Shown here: piece by piece, positions 38,154-47,220 of the stretch
Layout of the letters: each line of letters opens with the position of its first letter
How positions within the stretch are numbered: position 1 is the first letter of the stretch
Assembly (NCBI GenBank): GCA_030592645.1
Contig: JAUVIR010000005.1
Coordinates: 1,110-65,109, forward strand
Origin: Candidatus Fermentibacterota bacterium
GTDB taxonomy: Bacteria > Fermentibacterota > Fermentibacteria > Fermentibacterales > JCC-6
Direction: 5' to 3'
Length of the DNA: 64,000 nucleotides
Position numbers and translations under genes: made by a program
Notes under the pieces: generated by a model
Told to the model about the DNA's origin: nothing
Seen by the model: the letters and a program-made list of their open reading frames with translations, nothing else
Databases searched by the model: none

Positions 38154-39892
38154 CGCAGGCGAACCATTCTGGATGTGAAGCTTTCCGATCCAGCCCTCAG
38201 GTGGCAGATATAGATTCCATCGGGAACCTGGCCTGCTGCGTTCCCTTCCCAGATTACCGAATTCGTTCCGGCCGGCAGCGTGCCATCGATCAGGGTTTCA
38301 ACAAGCCTTCCGGAAATATCGAAGATGCTAAGCTTAACATGCATCTGTTCGGGAAGGTTGAACGATATATCAGTTGAAAGTGTGAACGGATTCGGGCTGT
38401 TAGCAAGGTTGCAGTTCCCGAAGGGCAGTTCTCCGCCTTCACTGATACCTGTCAGGGGATTACATGTAAAGACAAGCTCTCTGGTGGAGCCTGCCGGCAG
38501 AGGATCTTCAGTCTGATCCCAGATATGCATTATGGCAAAATTATCAGTGACCACAACATCCTTGCAGTCATGGCTTACGACAGTGATATCCTGTACTCTG
38601 AACGGGAAAAGTACAATCGGAGACCTGTACCCCCATTTACTTGTATAACCCGGATTTCCCTCCACGTTCATCGTGATGGTTACAGTGACCTCCCATGAAG
38701 AGCCTGCACTGTCGACCTGCACATCCTCCGAGTAGAGCAGGGGATCATAAACGCCTACATCGGCTACTCTTGCTTCCATAGCAGGATCTCCGTACAGTGC
38801 CGATCCGTTCAGATCCGGCGCGCCCGCAGCGCCGGGAGTTGCATTGTATTTGTCGTAGTAGAGAGCCTGATTCGCAAGGTAGTACGCCTGAGGCCAGGTA
38901 TAATGCGCCTGACGCTCAAAATATGCTTTGGTTCCTCCGTGCTGCTGGCTGGTTGTACCCTCGTTAATAACATAACCTGTATAGAAATAGGCTCCGGCAG
39001 TATGAAGCCATCCGAGAGCCATCGAATTGAAATTGACTATCCTGCCGATCTGACAATTCCCAAGGCCAAAGAATATCTTCGGATTGGTGGTATTTATTTC
39101 TATTATTTCACTTCCGTGAGTAAGGCCGAGTGCCTGCACTCCCAGATTGCCGTACGATCTGAAATAGCCTTCCAGATCAGGAGTTGGGTAGTGCAGCTGC
39201 CACTGGTAGTAAGCACCGTGTCCGCTTGTAATAAAAATATCGATACTGTCTGCATTCAGGCAGTTTACGAGCCATTCAGTTCTGTCAGTAGGCCCATCTG
39301 TGTGCTGAACAGCATTCGGATCGTTAAGTGCCTTGGTGTAGTAAAGCCCATAGGTGGCCTCGCTTGTGGATATTCCCTGCGGATAATGAGTAAGATCGCA
39401 GCCGGTAGTTCCTCCGAGAACAGTTTTGACGTCAAACCCCTCAGGACCGGTGGCCAGCCTCAGAGCATCAGTTACATAGTATCCTGTAATGATCCCCCAT
39501 ACAGCATCTCCATACGGATCATCATCAAGTCCCCTGCCGAACAGCCATGCATCAGTCACAAATGTCACTGTTGCATCATCCCATTCAGCCACAAAAGCCA
39601 GATAATCCGGCGCGAATGCACCAACCGCATCCTGCACTTCAAACATATCGCTGGAATAAATAAAGATTCCTGCCGAGTACTTCGCCTGCAGGGTGTCAAC
39701 CACTTCAGCCCAGTCAGGATTAAGATACGTATCCTGCTGCACCACTATAGCGTATCTGAATGATCCCCTTTCCGCTGTCCATTGAGCCGTGACAGGGGCT
39801 GAAATGATAAACAGAAGAGACAGGAGAAGCAGCAGAGAGCCACCCGCCTCTACCCTTTTAAAAGAATGCACAGAGTCCGAGCGATTATCCAT
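38150..39892 (-). CDS. Secreted clan CD (C25/gingipain-like) cysteine peptidase candidate with CTD
   Basis: FITSGHG (His), GLGNCQIG (Cys), ALYGDP; CTD NSPNPF...IFDISGRLV...GIY. Confidence 0.6.
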   Translation of the reverse strand: MDNRSDSVHSFKRVEAGGSLLLLLSLLFIISAPVTAQWTAERGSFRYAIVVQQDTYLNPDWAEVVDTLQAKYSAGIFIYSSDMFEVQDAVGAFAPDYLAFVAEWDDATVTFVTDAWLFGRGLDDDPYGDAVWGIITGYYVTDALRLATGPEGFDVKTVLGGTTGCDLTHYPQGISTSEATYGLYYTKALNDPNAVQHTDGPTDRTEWLVNCLNADSIDIFITSGHGAYYQWQLHYPTPDLEGYFRSYGNLGVQALGLTHGSEIIEINTTNPKIFFGLGNCQIGRIVNFNSMALGWLHTAGAYFYTGYVINEGTTSQQHGGTKAYFERQAHYTWPQAYYLANQALYYDKYNATPGAAGAPDLNGSALYGDPAMEARVADVGVYDPLLYSEDVQVDSAGSSWEVTVTITMNVEGNPGYTSKWGYRSPIVLFPFRVQDITVVSHDCKDVVVTDNFAIMHIWDQTEDPLPAGSTRELVFTCNPLTGISEGGELPFGNCNLANSPNPFTLSTDISFNLPEQMHVKLSIFDISGRLVETLIDGTLPAGTNSVIWEGNAAGQVPDGIYICHLRAGSESFTSRMVRLR

Positions 39893-39914
39893 GACTCTCC
39901 CCCCAATTCAAGTG

Positions 39915-39986
39915 ATGACAATAGTAATATTCATTGTCGAATACATACTAATGACATAGTAAATATCATTGCTGAACATATACTTA
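39915..39986. repeat. Imperfect 36-bp tandem repeat in divergent promoter region
   Basis: ATGACAATAGTAATATTCATTGTCGAATACATACTA / ATGACATAGTAAATATCATTGCTGAACATATACTTA. Confidence 0.6.
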
Positions 39987-40117
39987 ACTCTATTTACTAC
40001 TTTCAGAGAGAATGTCAAGTTATCTCTCCCCCGTAACCACGCTCTGTTATTTTCCACCTGATACTGGTATAGTTAATCCAGATAATTTTCTCAAATCAAT
40101 CTATCAGGAGGAATGAA

Positions 40118-41881
40118 ATGTTAATCAAGCTGCACTGGATTTCCAGCGGCTCACAGATACCCCGAATAAGCACTCTCGGCATCACATTTGCAGCACTACT
40201 GTTATTCACACTGTGGGTATTCCCGGTCATAACAGGCGGATTGTCCGCACAGGACAGCGATTACTCTGAACAGTATGTGCGCGATGTTCAGGTGCCTCTG
40301 CCCCATCAGGTCGGCCCCGATGTCTACCTGCCGGAACACGATCTACCCACATCACCCCCTGATAATCCTCAGGTAGGCGATTCCTGGATCTGGTGGTTAT
40401 GGGTCCATAGCCCCATGCCGCCGCATTTCGAGGAGTTTGTCTGTACGGTACGCGGATTGAGCGATCGCGGATACGTAGTGGTCAGAGACCAGGAATGGGA
40501 AATCTCAATTTTCCAGAGCGATGTTGACCAGATACTTGAGCGCTGGGAGAACACCAGCGTCGGACCCTACCCGACCCAGGGAATCTATGAGATCGACAGC
40601 CTGGCTTTCGGTGAACCACCTGACGAACTGGATGAAGACCCCCGTATCTATCTGATGTGGTTCGACTTTGAGATATCAGCAGACGGGTTCTTCTTCTGGT
40701 TCGATGAGTTCCCGGATGGAGCCTTCCCGCCGTATCACAGTAACGAGTGCGAAGTGCTTTACCTCAGCACCGGGAGTTCAGGAGGAGGCCCGGGCAGCGA
40801 CTATATGCTTGCGGTAGCTTCCCACGAATTCCAGCACATGATCCACTGGAAATATGATGATGACGAGGACTCCTGGTTGAACGAGGGACTGTCGGAACTG
40901 GCTATGTGGTTCTACGGAAATCCCGACTACATTGCCGGATTCAACAGTGCCCCCGACAATGACCTTACAGACTGGGGCGGTACCTGGTCCGATTACATCC
41001 AGACCTACCTCTGGACGCTCTATTTCTTCGAGCAGTACGGCGGCCACCCCAGCATTTACGCGGTAGTGCACGAAGCGGCGAACTCGATCGCGGGGTACGA
41101 GCAGGTACTGGATGATTTCGGTTATACGGAGGATTTCGCGGATGTCTTCGCGGACTGGACAGTAGCGAACTTCCTGGATGATATAACTCTGGAAGACGGC
41201 CGTTTCGGTTATATAGGTGATGACCTGCCGCCATTCAACGTAATGGGCACCTATTCAACCTACCCAGTCGAGAATATCTACAGAACTGTTAAACACTGGG
41301 CAACCGATTACTACCGTTTTCAGGATTTCACAAGCTTCGAGACCCTCCATCTCTCATTCGATGGCAACGACTCAAACAGCTTCGCCATCTGGGGTCTTGC
41401 CCTCTATGGAGACGATACGACCGAAGTCCTGCGCATGACGCTGGAGGAAAGTACACAGAGCGGCACACTTGAAGTTACAGGACTCATCGATCCTGCTGAC
41501 CAGGTTATTCTCGTCGTCGCAAGTGTGTCCAGCGCTGGAGGCATGGATTACATTTTCAGCGCGGGTGATGGCCTGGGAATCGAGCATGAAGTATCCTCGC
41601 CGCATGCGCTTCAGCTTCTGGCAAGCCCGAACCCGTTCAGTTCAGCTGTTACCCTGCAGCTGAAATGGAGCGGAACCTCAGAAGAACCGAGTGTTGATAT
41701 CTTCGACATCAATGGACGCCTGATTCGCAGCCTCAGTGCCGAAGCAATCACGGAGGGCAATGCAATCGTGATCTGGAACGGTTGTCTTGAAGATGGTAAC
41801 CCTGCAGCACCGGGTATTTACTTCGCGCGGGGTCTTGCAGGCTCGGCAAACAGCGTGGCAAACATTCTGCTTCTGCCTTAG
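40118..41881 (+). CDS. Secreted zinc metallopeptidase (M30/immune-inhibitor-A-like) with CTD
   Basis: ASHEFQHMIH, SWLNEGLSE, CTD SPNPF...IFDINGRLI...GIYF. Confidence 0.8.
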   Translation: MLIKLHWISSGSQIPRISTLGITFAALLLFTLWVFPVITGGLSAQDSDYSEQYVRDVQVPLPHQVGPDVYLPEHDLPTSPPDNPQVGDSWIWWLWVHSPMPPHFEEFVCTVRGLSDRGYVVVRDQEWEISIFQSDVDQILERWENTSVGPYPTQGIYEIDSLAFGEPPDELDEDPRIYLMWFDFEISADGFFFWFDEFPDGAFPPYHSNECEVLYLSTGSSGGGPGSDYMLAVASHEFQHMIHWKYDDDEDSWLNEGLSELAMWFYGNPDYIAGFNSAPDNDLTDWGGTWSDYIQTYLWTLYFFEQYGGHPSIYAVVHEAANSIAGYEQVLDDFGYTEDFADVFADWTVANFLDDITLEDGRFGYIGDDLPPFNVMGTYSTYPVENIYRTVKHWATDYYRFQDFTSFETLHLSFDGNDSNSFAIWGLALYGDDTTEVLRMTLEESTQSGTLEVTGLIDPADQVILVVASVSSAGGMDYIFSAGDGLGIEHEVSSPHALQLLASPNPFSSAVTLQLKWSGTSEEPSVDIFDINGRLIRSLSAEAITEGNAIVIWNGCLEDGNPAAPGIYFARGLAGSANSVANILLLP

Positions 41882-41904
41882 AGTTAAGAGAGGGACGTAA
41901 GAGA

Positions 41905-42136
41905 GGGACGTACCACACTTTTTCAACTTATGGGTTATATTATATTGTTTATAACTTGAATAAGTGTAGTTTGTTTTGGCAAGTAGATATTTCTTGAATT
42001 TATATAACTGAATATTAGAAATAATAGGTCAATACATATTATTGTAATATAGTTAATTAATACATCTGTATAGTCAAGATGTAATATGTACTCAGGGATA
42101 TCACGTCCAGTATGTTGAAGAAGTGTGGTACGTCCC
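41905..42136. mobile_element. MITE/REP-like element: 23-bp inverted repeats flanking a ~24% GC spacer
   Basis: 41905-41927 GGGACGTACCACACTTTTTCAAC and 42114-42136 GTTGAAGAAGTGTGGTACGTCCC match at 22/23 as inverted repeats. Direct duplication TAAGAGAGGGACG x2 at 41885-41910. Confidence 0.55.
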
Positions 42137-42280
42137 CGTTATTACTCGCAAGCCCGGTTTTCCGCACGCAACTTATTGCAGAACGTAAATGATACAGTGA
42201 TATTCAGCCAGGAAGAGCACAGAACTTTTCACGTACCTCCCTTCCACCGCACAGTGTAAACAACCGAAGGAGTGATATAA

Positions 42281-44809
42281 TTGAGTCGAATTGAAAAAAT
42301 TGGCGCCTTCTATATCGGGCGTAAGTACGATCTGAATAAGAAACAACACTCTGCGGAAGATGTGATGTACGATGCGCGGGACCTGACCACTCACGCTGTC
42401 TGCCTGGGAATGACAGGGTCGGGCAAGACGGGGTTATGCATCGATCTTCTGGAGGAAGCAGCTCTTGACGGTGTTCCCGCAATTATCATCGATCCCAAGG
42501 GGGATATCACGAACCTTCTTCTGACCTTCCCGGATCTCCTTCCCGGAGACTTCGAACCATGGGTGAACATCGACGATGCAAGAAGGAAAAACCTTTCGGT
42601 AAAGGAGTACGCCGAGCAGGTATCACAGACCTGGATGAACGGCCTTGCCGAGTGGGATCAGACCCCGGATCGCATCAGAGCTCTGAAGGAAGGAACCGAA
42701 TTCAGCATTTATACTCCCGGGTCGGACGCCGGGATCAGCGTATCGATCCTTTCCGCCCTTACTCCCCCCAACCTCGACTGGGAAACCGATGCGGAACTTC
42801 TCAGAGAACACATGCAGGGGATTGTGAACGCATTGCTCGGGCTCATGGGGATCGACGCAGACCCCCTTCAGAGCCGTGAGTACATTCTGCTTTCAAGCAT
42901 AATCGAGCATTACTGGAGAAAGCAGGAGGAACTCGATCTTCCCCTTCTTATTACATCAATCCAGACTCCTCCCGTCACAAAACTGGGTGTATTCGATGTA
43001 GAAACGTTCTTCCCGAAAAAAGATCGTTTCAAGTTCGCTATAGCCATGAACAGCATTATCGCATCCCCCGATTTCAAAGCCTGGCTGACCGGAGAACCGC
43101 TGGACATACCTTCCCTCCTTTATTCTCCTGAGGGAAAGCCCCGTCACAGCATTATCTATCTTGCCCACCTTACCGATAGCCAGAAGATGTTCTTCGTAAC
43201 CCTGCTTCTCGAGCGTACGGTTTCATGGATGCGCACTCAGTCCGGTACCACCAGCCTTCGGGCGCTTCTCTATTTCGACGAGGTTTTCGGATTTCTCCCT
43301 CCCGTTGCAGAACCCCCATCAAAAAGACCTCTGCTCCGGCTTCTGAAACAGGCAAGAGCATTCGGTCTCGGGGTTATCCTTACGACTCAGAATCCTGTGG
43401 ACATAGACTACAAAGGACTCTCAAATGCAGGGACATGGTTTATAGGCCGGCTTCAGACGGAGAGGGATAAAAAACGCCTTCTCGATGGGCTGGAATCGAT
43501 CTCTTCTGAATCGGGTTCAGGGTTCGACAGAGCTGAGATAGACAATATCATATCATCCCTCGGATCCAGGGTATTCCTGCTTCATAACGTACACGAGGAT
43601 CAGTCAATCGTCTTTCAGACCAGATGGGCAATGAGCTACCTCAGGGGACCTCTGACAAGGGATCAGATCCGCATTTTATACAGGGAGAAAGCGCCCGCTG
43701 CACAGCCGCAGCCCGTTCCCCGCAGGGGTATTCCCGTTTCAGAAAAGGCTCCCGTTCCAGCTCCGCAGGTAGCGGGTCTTTCCTCTACACAACCGCTGCT
43801 GCCCCCGGGACTCAAACAGGTGTTCCTTCCCCTGGAAATCAGCATGGGGCAGGCTCTGGACCTTGCGAAAGAACAGCCGGATTCAATTGAACGCCCGAAG
43901 TTTACCCTGGTCTACGAACCTGCCCTTATCGCTCTTGGCAGAGTTTCATTTCTTGATCGAAAGCGAAACATCGCCGAGACAGGAATACGCTCCTATCTTG
44001 TCTTCCCTGAGAAACATGGGATAATAATGGAGTGGAATAATGCGGACTCCCCCGAGCTGACAGTCGATGACCTGACCGAAAGTGCAGAACCTGACTCTCT
44101 GTTTTCAGGATCCCCCCCTTCGGAATGGACAACTGCCAGGGATCTGAAATCGATAACAAAAGATTTCAGTAATTACCTTTACTACAACAGCATCCTCGAA
44201 ATCCCCTGCAATTCTCTTCTTAAACTTCATGCATTTCCAGGAGAATCAGCCGGGGACTTCAGCGTCCGCTGCAGAGAAAAAGCAAGGGAACTCAAGGATG
44301 CGGATGTGGATAAACTGCGCGATAAAAGCAGAACAAAACTGGACAGACTGCAGACGAAGCTGTCCAGAGAAGAGAGAGAGCTGGAAGAGGACAGGGCCAC
44401 ATATAAAGGCAGAAAGAGCGAGGAACTGTTGTCCGCTGGAGAATCGCTCATAGGTATGCTGGGATTGTTCGGCAGCAGAAGATCATCGGCACTCTCCAGC
44501 GCAGCTCGAAAAAGAAGACTCACAAAATCCGCAAAAGCGAATATAGAGGAATCAGAGGAAGAGATCGAAAGACTTGAGATCAATATCAGGGAGCTTGAGG
44601 AAGAGGTTAAGGAAAAGGCGGAATCCATCGTGAGTAAATGGGAAGAAGCTCTTGCGGTCGATGAAGTACTTAAACTTAAGCCCAGAAGAACCGATGTTCA
44701 GATAATACTTGTAGCCCCTGCCTGGACCCCGGTCTATATGGTCACGGGCGACGATGGCGGCACTCCCCTGAGAATACCTGCATGGAAAGGGTTGAAATCC
44801 GGGGAGTAA
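42281..44809 (+). CDS. HerA/FtsK-superfamily ATPase (DUF87/DUF853-like) with C-terminal coiled coil
   Basis: GMTGSGKT, IDPKGD, LYFDEVFG, KQARAFGLG, TQNPVD. Confidence 0.85.
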   Translation: MSRIEKIGAFYIGRKYDLNKKQHSAEDVMYDARDLTTHAVCLGMTGSGKTGLCIDLLEEAALDGVPAIIIDPKGDITNLLLTFPDLLPGDFEPWVNIDDARRKNLSVKEYAEQVSQTWMNGLAEWDQTPDRIRALKEGTEFSIYTPGSDAGISVSILSALTPPNLDWETDAELLREHMQGIVNALLGLMGIDADPLQSREYILLSSIIEHYWRKQEELDLPLLITSIQTPPVTKLGVFDVETFFPKKDRFKFAIAMNSIIASPDFKAWLTGEPLDIPSLLYSPEGKPRHSIIYLAHLTDSQKMFFVTLLLERTVSWMRTQSGTTSLRALLYFDEVFGFLPPVAEPPSKRPLLRLLKQARAFGLGVILTTQNPVDIDYKGLSNAGTWFIGRLQTERDKKRLLDGLESISSESGSGFDRAEIDNIISSLGSRVFLLHNVHEDQSIVFQTRWAMSYLRGPLTRDQIRILYREKAPAAQPQPVPRRGIPVSEKAPVPAPQVAGLSSTQPLLPPGLKQVFLPLEISMGQALDLAKEQPDSIERPKFTLVYEPALIALGRVSFLDRKRNIAETGIRSYLVFPEKHGIIMEWNNADSPELTVDDLTESAEPDSLFSGSPPSEWTTARDLKSITKDFSNYLYYNSILEIPCNSLLKLHAFPGESAGDFSVRCREKARELKDADVDKLRDKSRTKLDRLQTKLSREERELEEDRATYKGRKSEELLSAGESLIGMLGLFGSRRSSALSSAARKRRLTKSAKANIEESEEEIERLEINIRELEEEVKEKAESIVSKWEEALAVDEVLKLKPRRTDVQIILVAPAWTPVYMVTGDDGGTPLRIPAWKGLKSGE

Positions 44810-44838
44810 CTGATAAAGCTATAGCCTGGAGGATTTGT

Positions 44839-45483
44839 ATGAACGATCTTCGCAAAAAGACTCTCATATATGCAGCAGGAACACTGCTTGTCTACATTCT
44901 CCTTTTCCTGTTCGTGGACAGATCGGTGGATATCTGGGTTCTGAACACTTGCTCGCATACATGGTTATCCGACCTTGGAACCTTCTTCTCCTGGTTTGGT
45001 GACGGATCGATCATAAGACTGGGGCTCGCTCTATGTTTCCTGCTGATAGTCGCCTTGAACTCGGATACACGAAAACCCTGGATTAAATTTCTGCTTTATG
45101 TCTGCGTCAGCTGCGCTATCGCAATCGTTGTGGGAGAGGGCCTGAAGTACCTGCTTGCCCGTCACAGACCGATAATGCTTTTCAACGACAATGTTTACGG
45201 GTTTAGTTTTCTCTCATCGGAATGGGCATTCAATTCCACTCCCTCCGGACATACTCTCAGGGTTTTCTCGATTCTGACAGCGCTTTCACTGCGATTTCGG
45301 CGCCTGACAGCTGTTTTCATTACCTTTGCGGTACTTATCGGTCTCAGCAGAGTCCTGGTGACAGATCATTATCCGAGTGACGTTCTGTTCGGCGCATTTA
45401 TCGGGATATTCTCGGCTCTATGGGCGTACAGGTTTTTTTATTCTTCTTCCCGGGTTTCAAATGAATTGATCTTGTCCAGGTAA
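44839..45483 (+). CDS. PAP2-family membrane phosphatase
   Basis: KYLLARHRP, PSGH, SRVLVTDHYPSD. Confidence 0.9.
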   Translation: MNDLRKKTLIYAAGTLLVYILLFLFVDRSVDIWVLNTCSHTWLSDLGTFFSWFGDGSIIRLGLALCFLLIVALNSDTRKPWIKFLLYVCVSCAIAIVVGEGLKYLLARHRPIMLFNDNVYGFSFLSSEWAFNSTPSGHTLRVFSILTALSLRFRRLTAVFITFAVLIGLSRVLVTDHYPSDVLFGAFIGIFSALWAYRFFYSSSRVSNELILSR

Positions 45484-45515
45484 ACACCGCAGAATCGATT
45501 AAGCTTCTGCCATGT

Positions 45516-46871
45516 CTACATTCGTATATTCTCTATTGCATTCTCGCATGCCTTGACCAGTGCATACTTCGTCGGCGCGGTTGTCAGCAGAGGATGCGTT
45601 CCGGTCTGAAAGGATATCATCTCATATACTGTAACGTATTTCTGAATAGCAAGGCTGACAAGATTGATCAGCTCCCCGGCGGATTTTCCACCGTAGATCT
45701 CTCCACCTATTATCTCACCATTTTCAGGAGAGACGATTATCTTGATTATTATCTTCTTCGCGCCCGGCAGTGTACCCGGGTGACGGTCAACATCCTCGAA
45801 TCTGCCTACCACATAATCCACGTTAGCTTCCTCAGCCGTCTGCTCTATGGCACCGGCAGAAGCGAATACGAAACCGTCCAATTCGGTTGAAAATACCGAC
45901 AGCGTTCCGGAAAATGTGCGGAGCAGGTTTATGCTGAAGAGGTTGTAACCCAGTATCCTGGCCTCCGCTGTAGCAGTTGAAGCCAGCATTATGTTATCTG
46001 TTCTTCCCGTTATAAAACCGACAGTACCGGAGCAGTCTCCAACCGCGTATATGTCCTTCTTTTCGGTACGCATGTATTTGTCAACCCTGATAGTGTTATT
46101 GCTGGTTAACTGAAGTCCGACTCTCTCTGCAAGTTCAGTTCTGGGTTTGTATCCTATCGCTGAGAAAACAAGATCGGCATCGATGGATCTGCCGTCTTCA
46201 AGTATCACCGACTCGACTTTTCCGCTTCCGCCCTGCAGTTCCCGAACGGTGCAGCCTGTCAGAACATTAACTCCGGCATTAATAAGATGTTCATCGGCAA
46301 GAGCCGCGAAATCGGCTGAGAAAGCGCGGTACAGGCAATGCTGCTCTTTTTCAACCAGCGTGACATTCTTATCTTTGTGCTTCGCAAGCTGCTCGGCTAC
46401 TTCAGCTCCTATGAACCCTCCTCCAATGACGACTATATTAACCGCGGATCCTATCCTGTCCATGAGCCCGTTTATGTAGCTGTAGCTCTTTGCGATGTAT
46501 TCAACATTCTCCAGATCATAACCTTTGATAAACGTAGGGATGGTCGGAGTCGAACCAGTAGCAAATACAAGTTTAAGATATGAAAAACTCTTCCCGGATT
46601 CAGTCCGAAGAATCCTGGCGCTTATATCAATTTCTGTAACCTTATCGACCAGAACATCACCGCCAACGTTCACATAGGGTGCGGGACCCATGAGATTCTG
46701 TGAAATATCGTCAAGATCATGGAAAATGTAAGGTATGCCACAGGGAACCAGCCCTTTTTCTTCCTCCCTTATCATAAGAAATGATTTCTCAGGATTCCGA
46801 TTTTTTGCTGTAACACCTGTGATGATTCCTGAAGGACCGGCTCCAATGATAATTACATCGTACGATTTCAT
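45516..46871 (-). CDS. FAD-dependent NADH oxidase / CoA-disulfide reductase family
   Basis: IGAGPSG, PCGIPY, ATGS, GGGFIGAE, YAVGDC, C-terminal dimerisation domain. Confidence 0.9.
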   Translation of the reverse strand: MKSYDVIIIGAGPSGIITGVTAKNRNPEKSFLMIREEEKGLVPCGIPYIFHDLDDISQNLMGPAPYVNVGGDVLVDKVTEIDISARILRTESGKSFSYLKLVFATGSTPTIPTFIKGYDLENVEYIAKSYSYINGLMDRIGSAVNIVVIGGGFIGAEVAEQLAKHKDKNVTLVEKEQHCLYRAFSADFAALADEHLINAGVNVLTGCTVRELQGGSGKVESVILEDGRSIDADLVFSAIGYKPRTELAERVGLQLTSNNTIRVDKYMRTEKKDIYAVGDCSGTVGFITGRTDNIMLASTATAEARILGYNLFSINLLRTFSGTLSVFSTELDGFVFASAGAIEQTAEEANVDYVVGRFEDVDRHPGTLPGAKKIIIKIIVSPENGEIIGGEIYGGKSAGELINLVSLAIQKYVTVYEMISFQTGTHPLLTTAPTKYALVKACENAIENIRM

Positions 46872-47220
46872 AATTTCTCCATTTAATTAACAGTTAATAC
46901 TCCAGAATATGCCTAAGGATCCCACCTGATAAGGTGGAAGAAATCAAGGGCGGAATATATATAGAAAAAAACTTTCAAGCCAGTTATCAGCATATCTAAA
47001 TTGTTGTGATTTCCTATGATATGGATATGTATTTCGCACCATATGAAAGTCCTATTGTAACAGGCGGAATACCTTCCTGCGCAAGCTACTGGTTCCCAAG
47101 CATGGGATTGACAGTATCTGTCCTGATGGAGTCAGTATAGTTTATTGTTCTTTCAAGAACTCATAATGGAATCTGGTCTATCAGTTCCTGGTTATCATCA
47201 GATCCGGTATATTTTGTTAA

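Noticed and set aside
46872-47220. Possible ncRNA in the 350-bp intergenic region (hairpin CCACCT-GATA-AGGTGG at 46922-46937)
   Set aside because: Only a short stem without a U-tract or a known RNA motif; insufficient evidence
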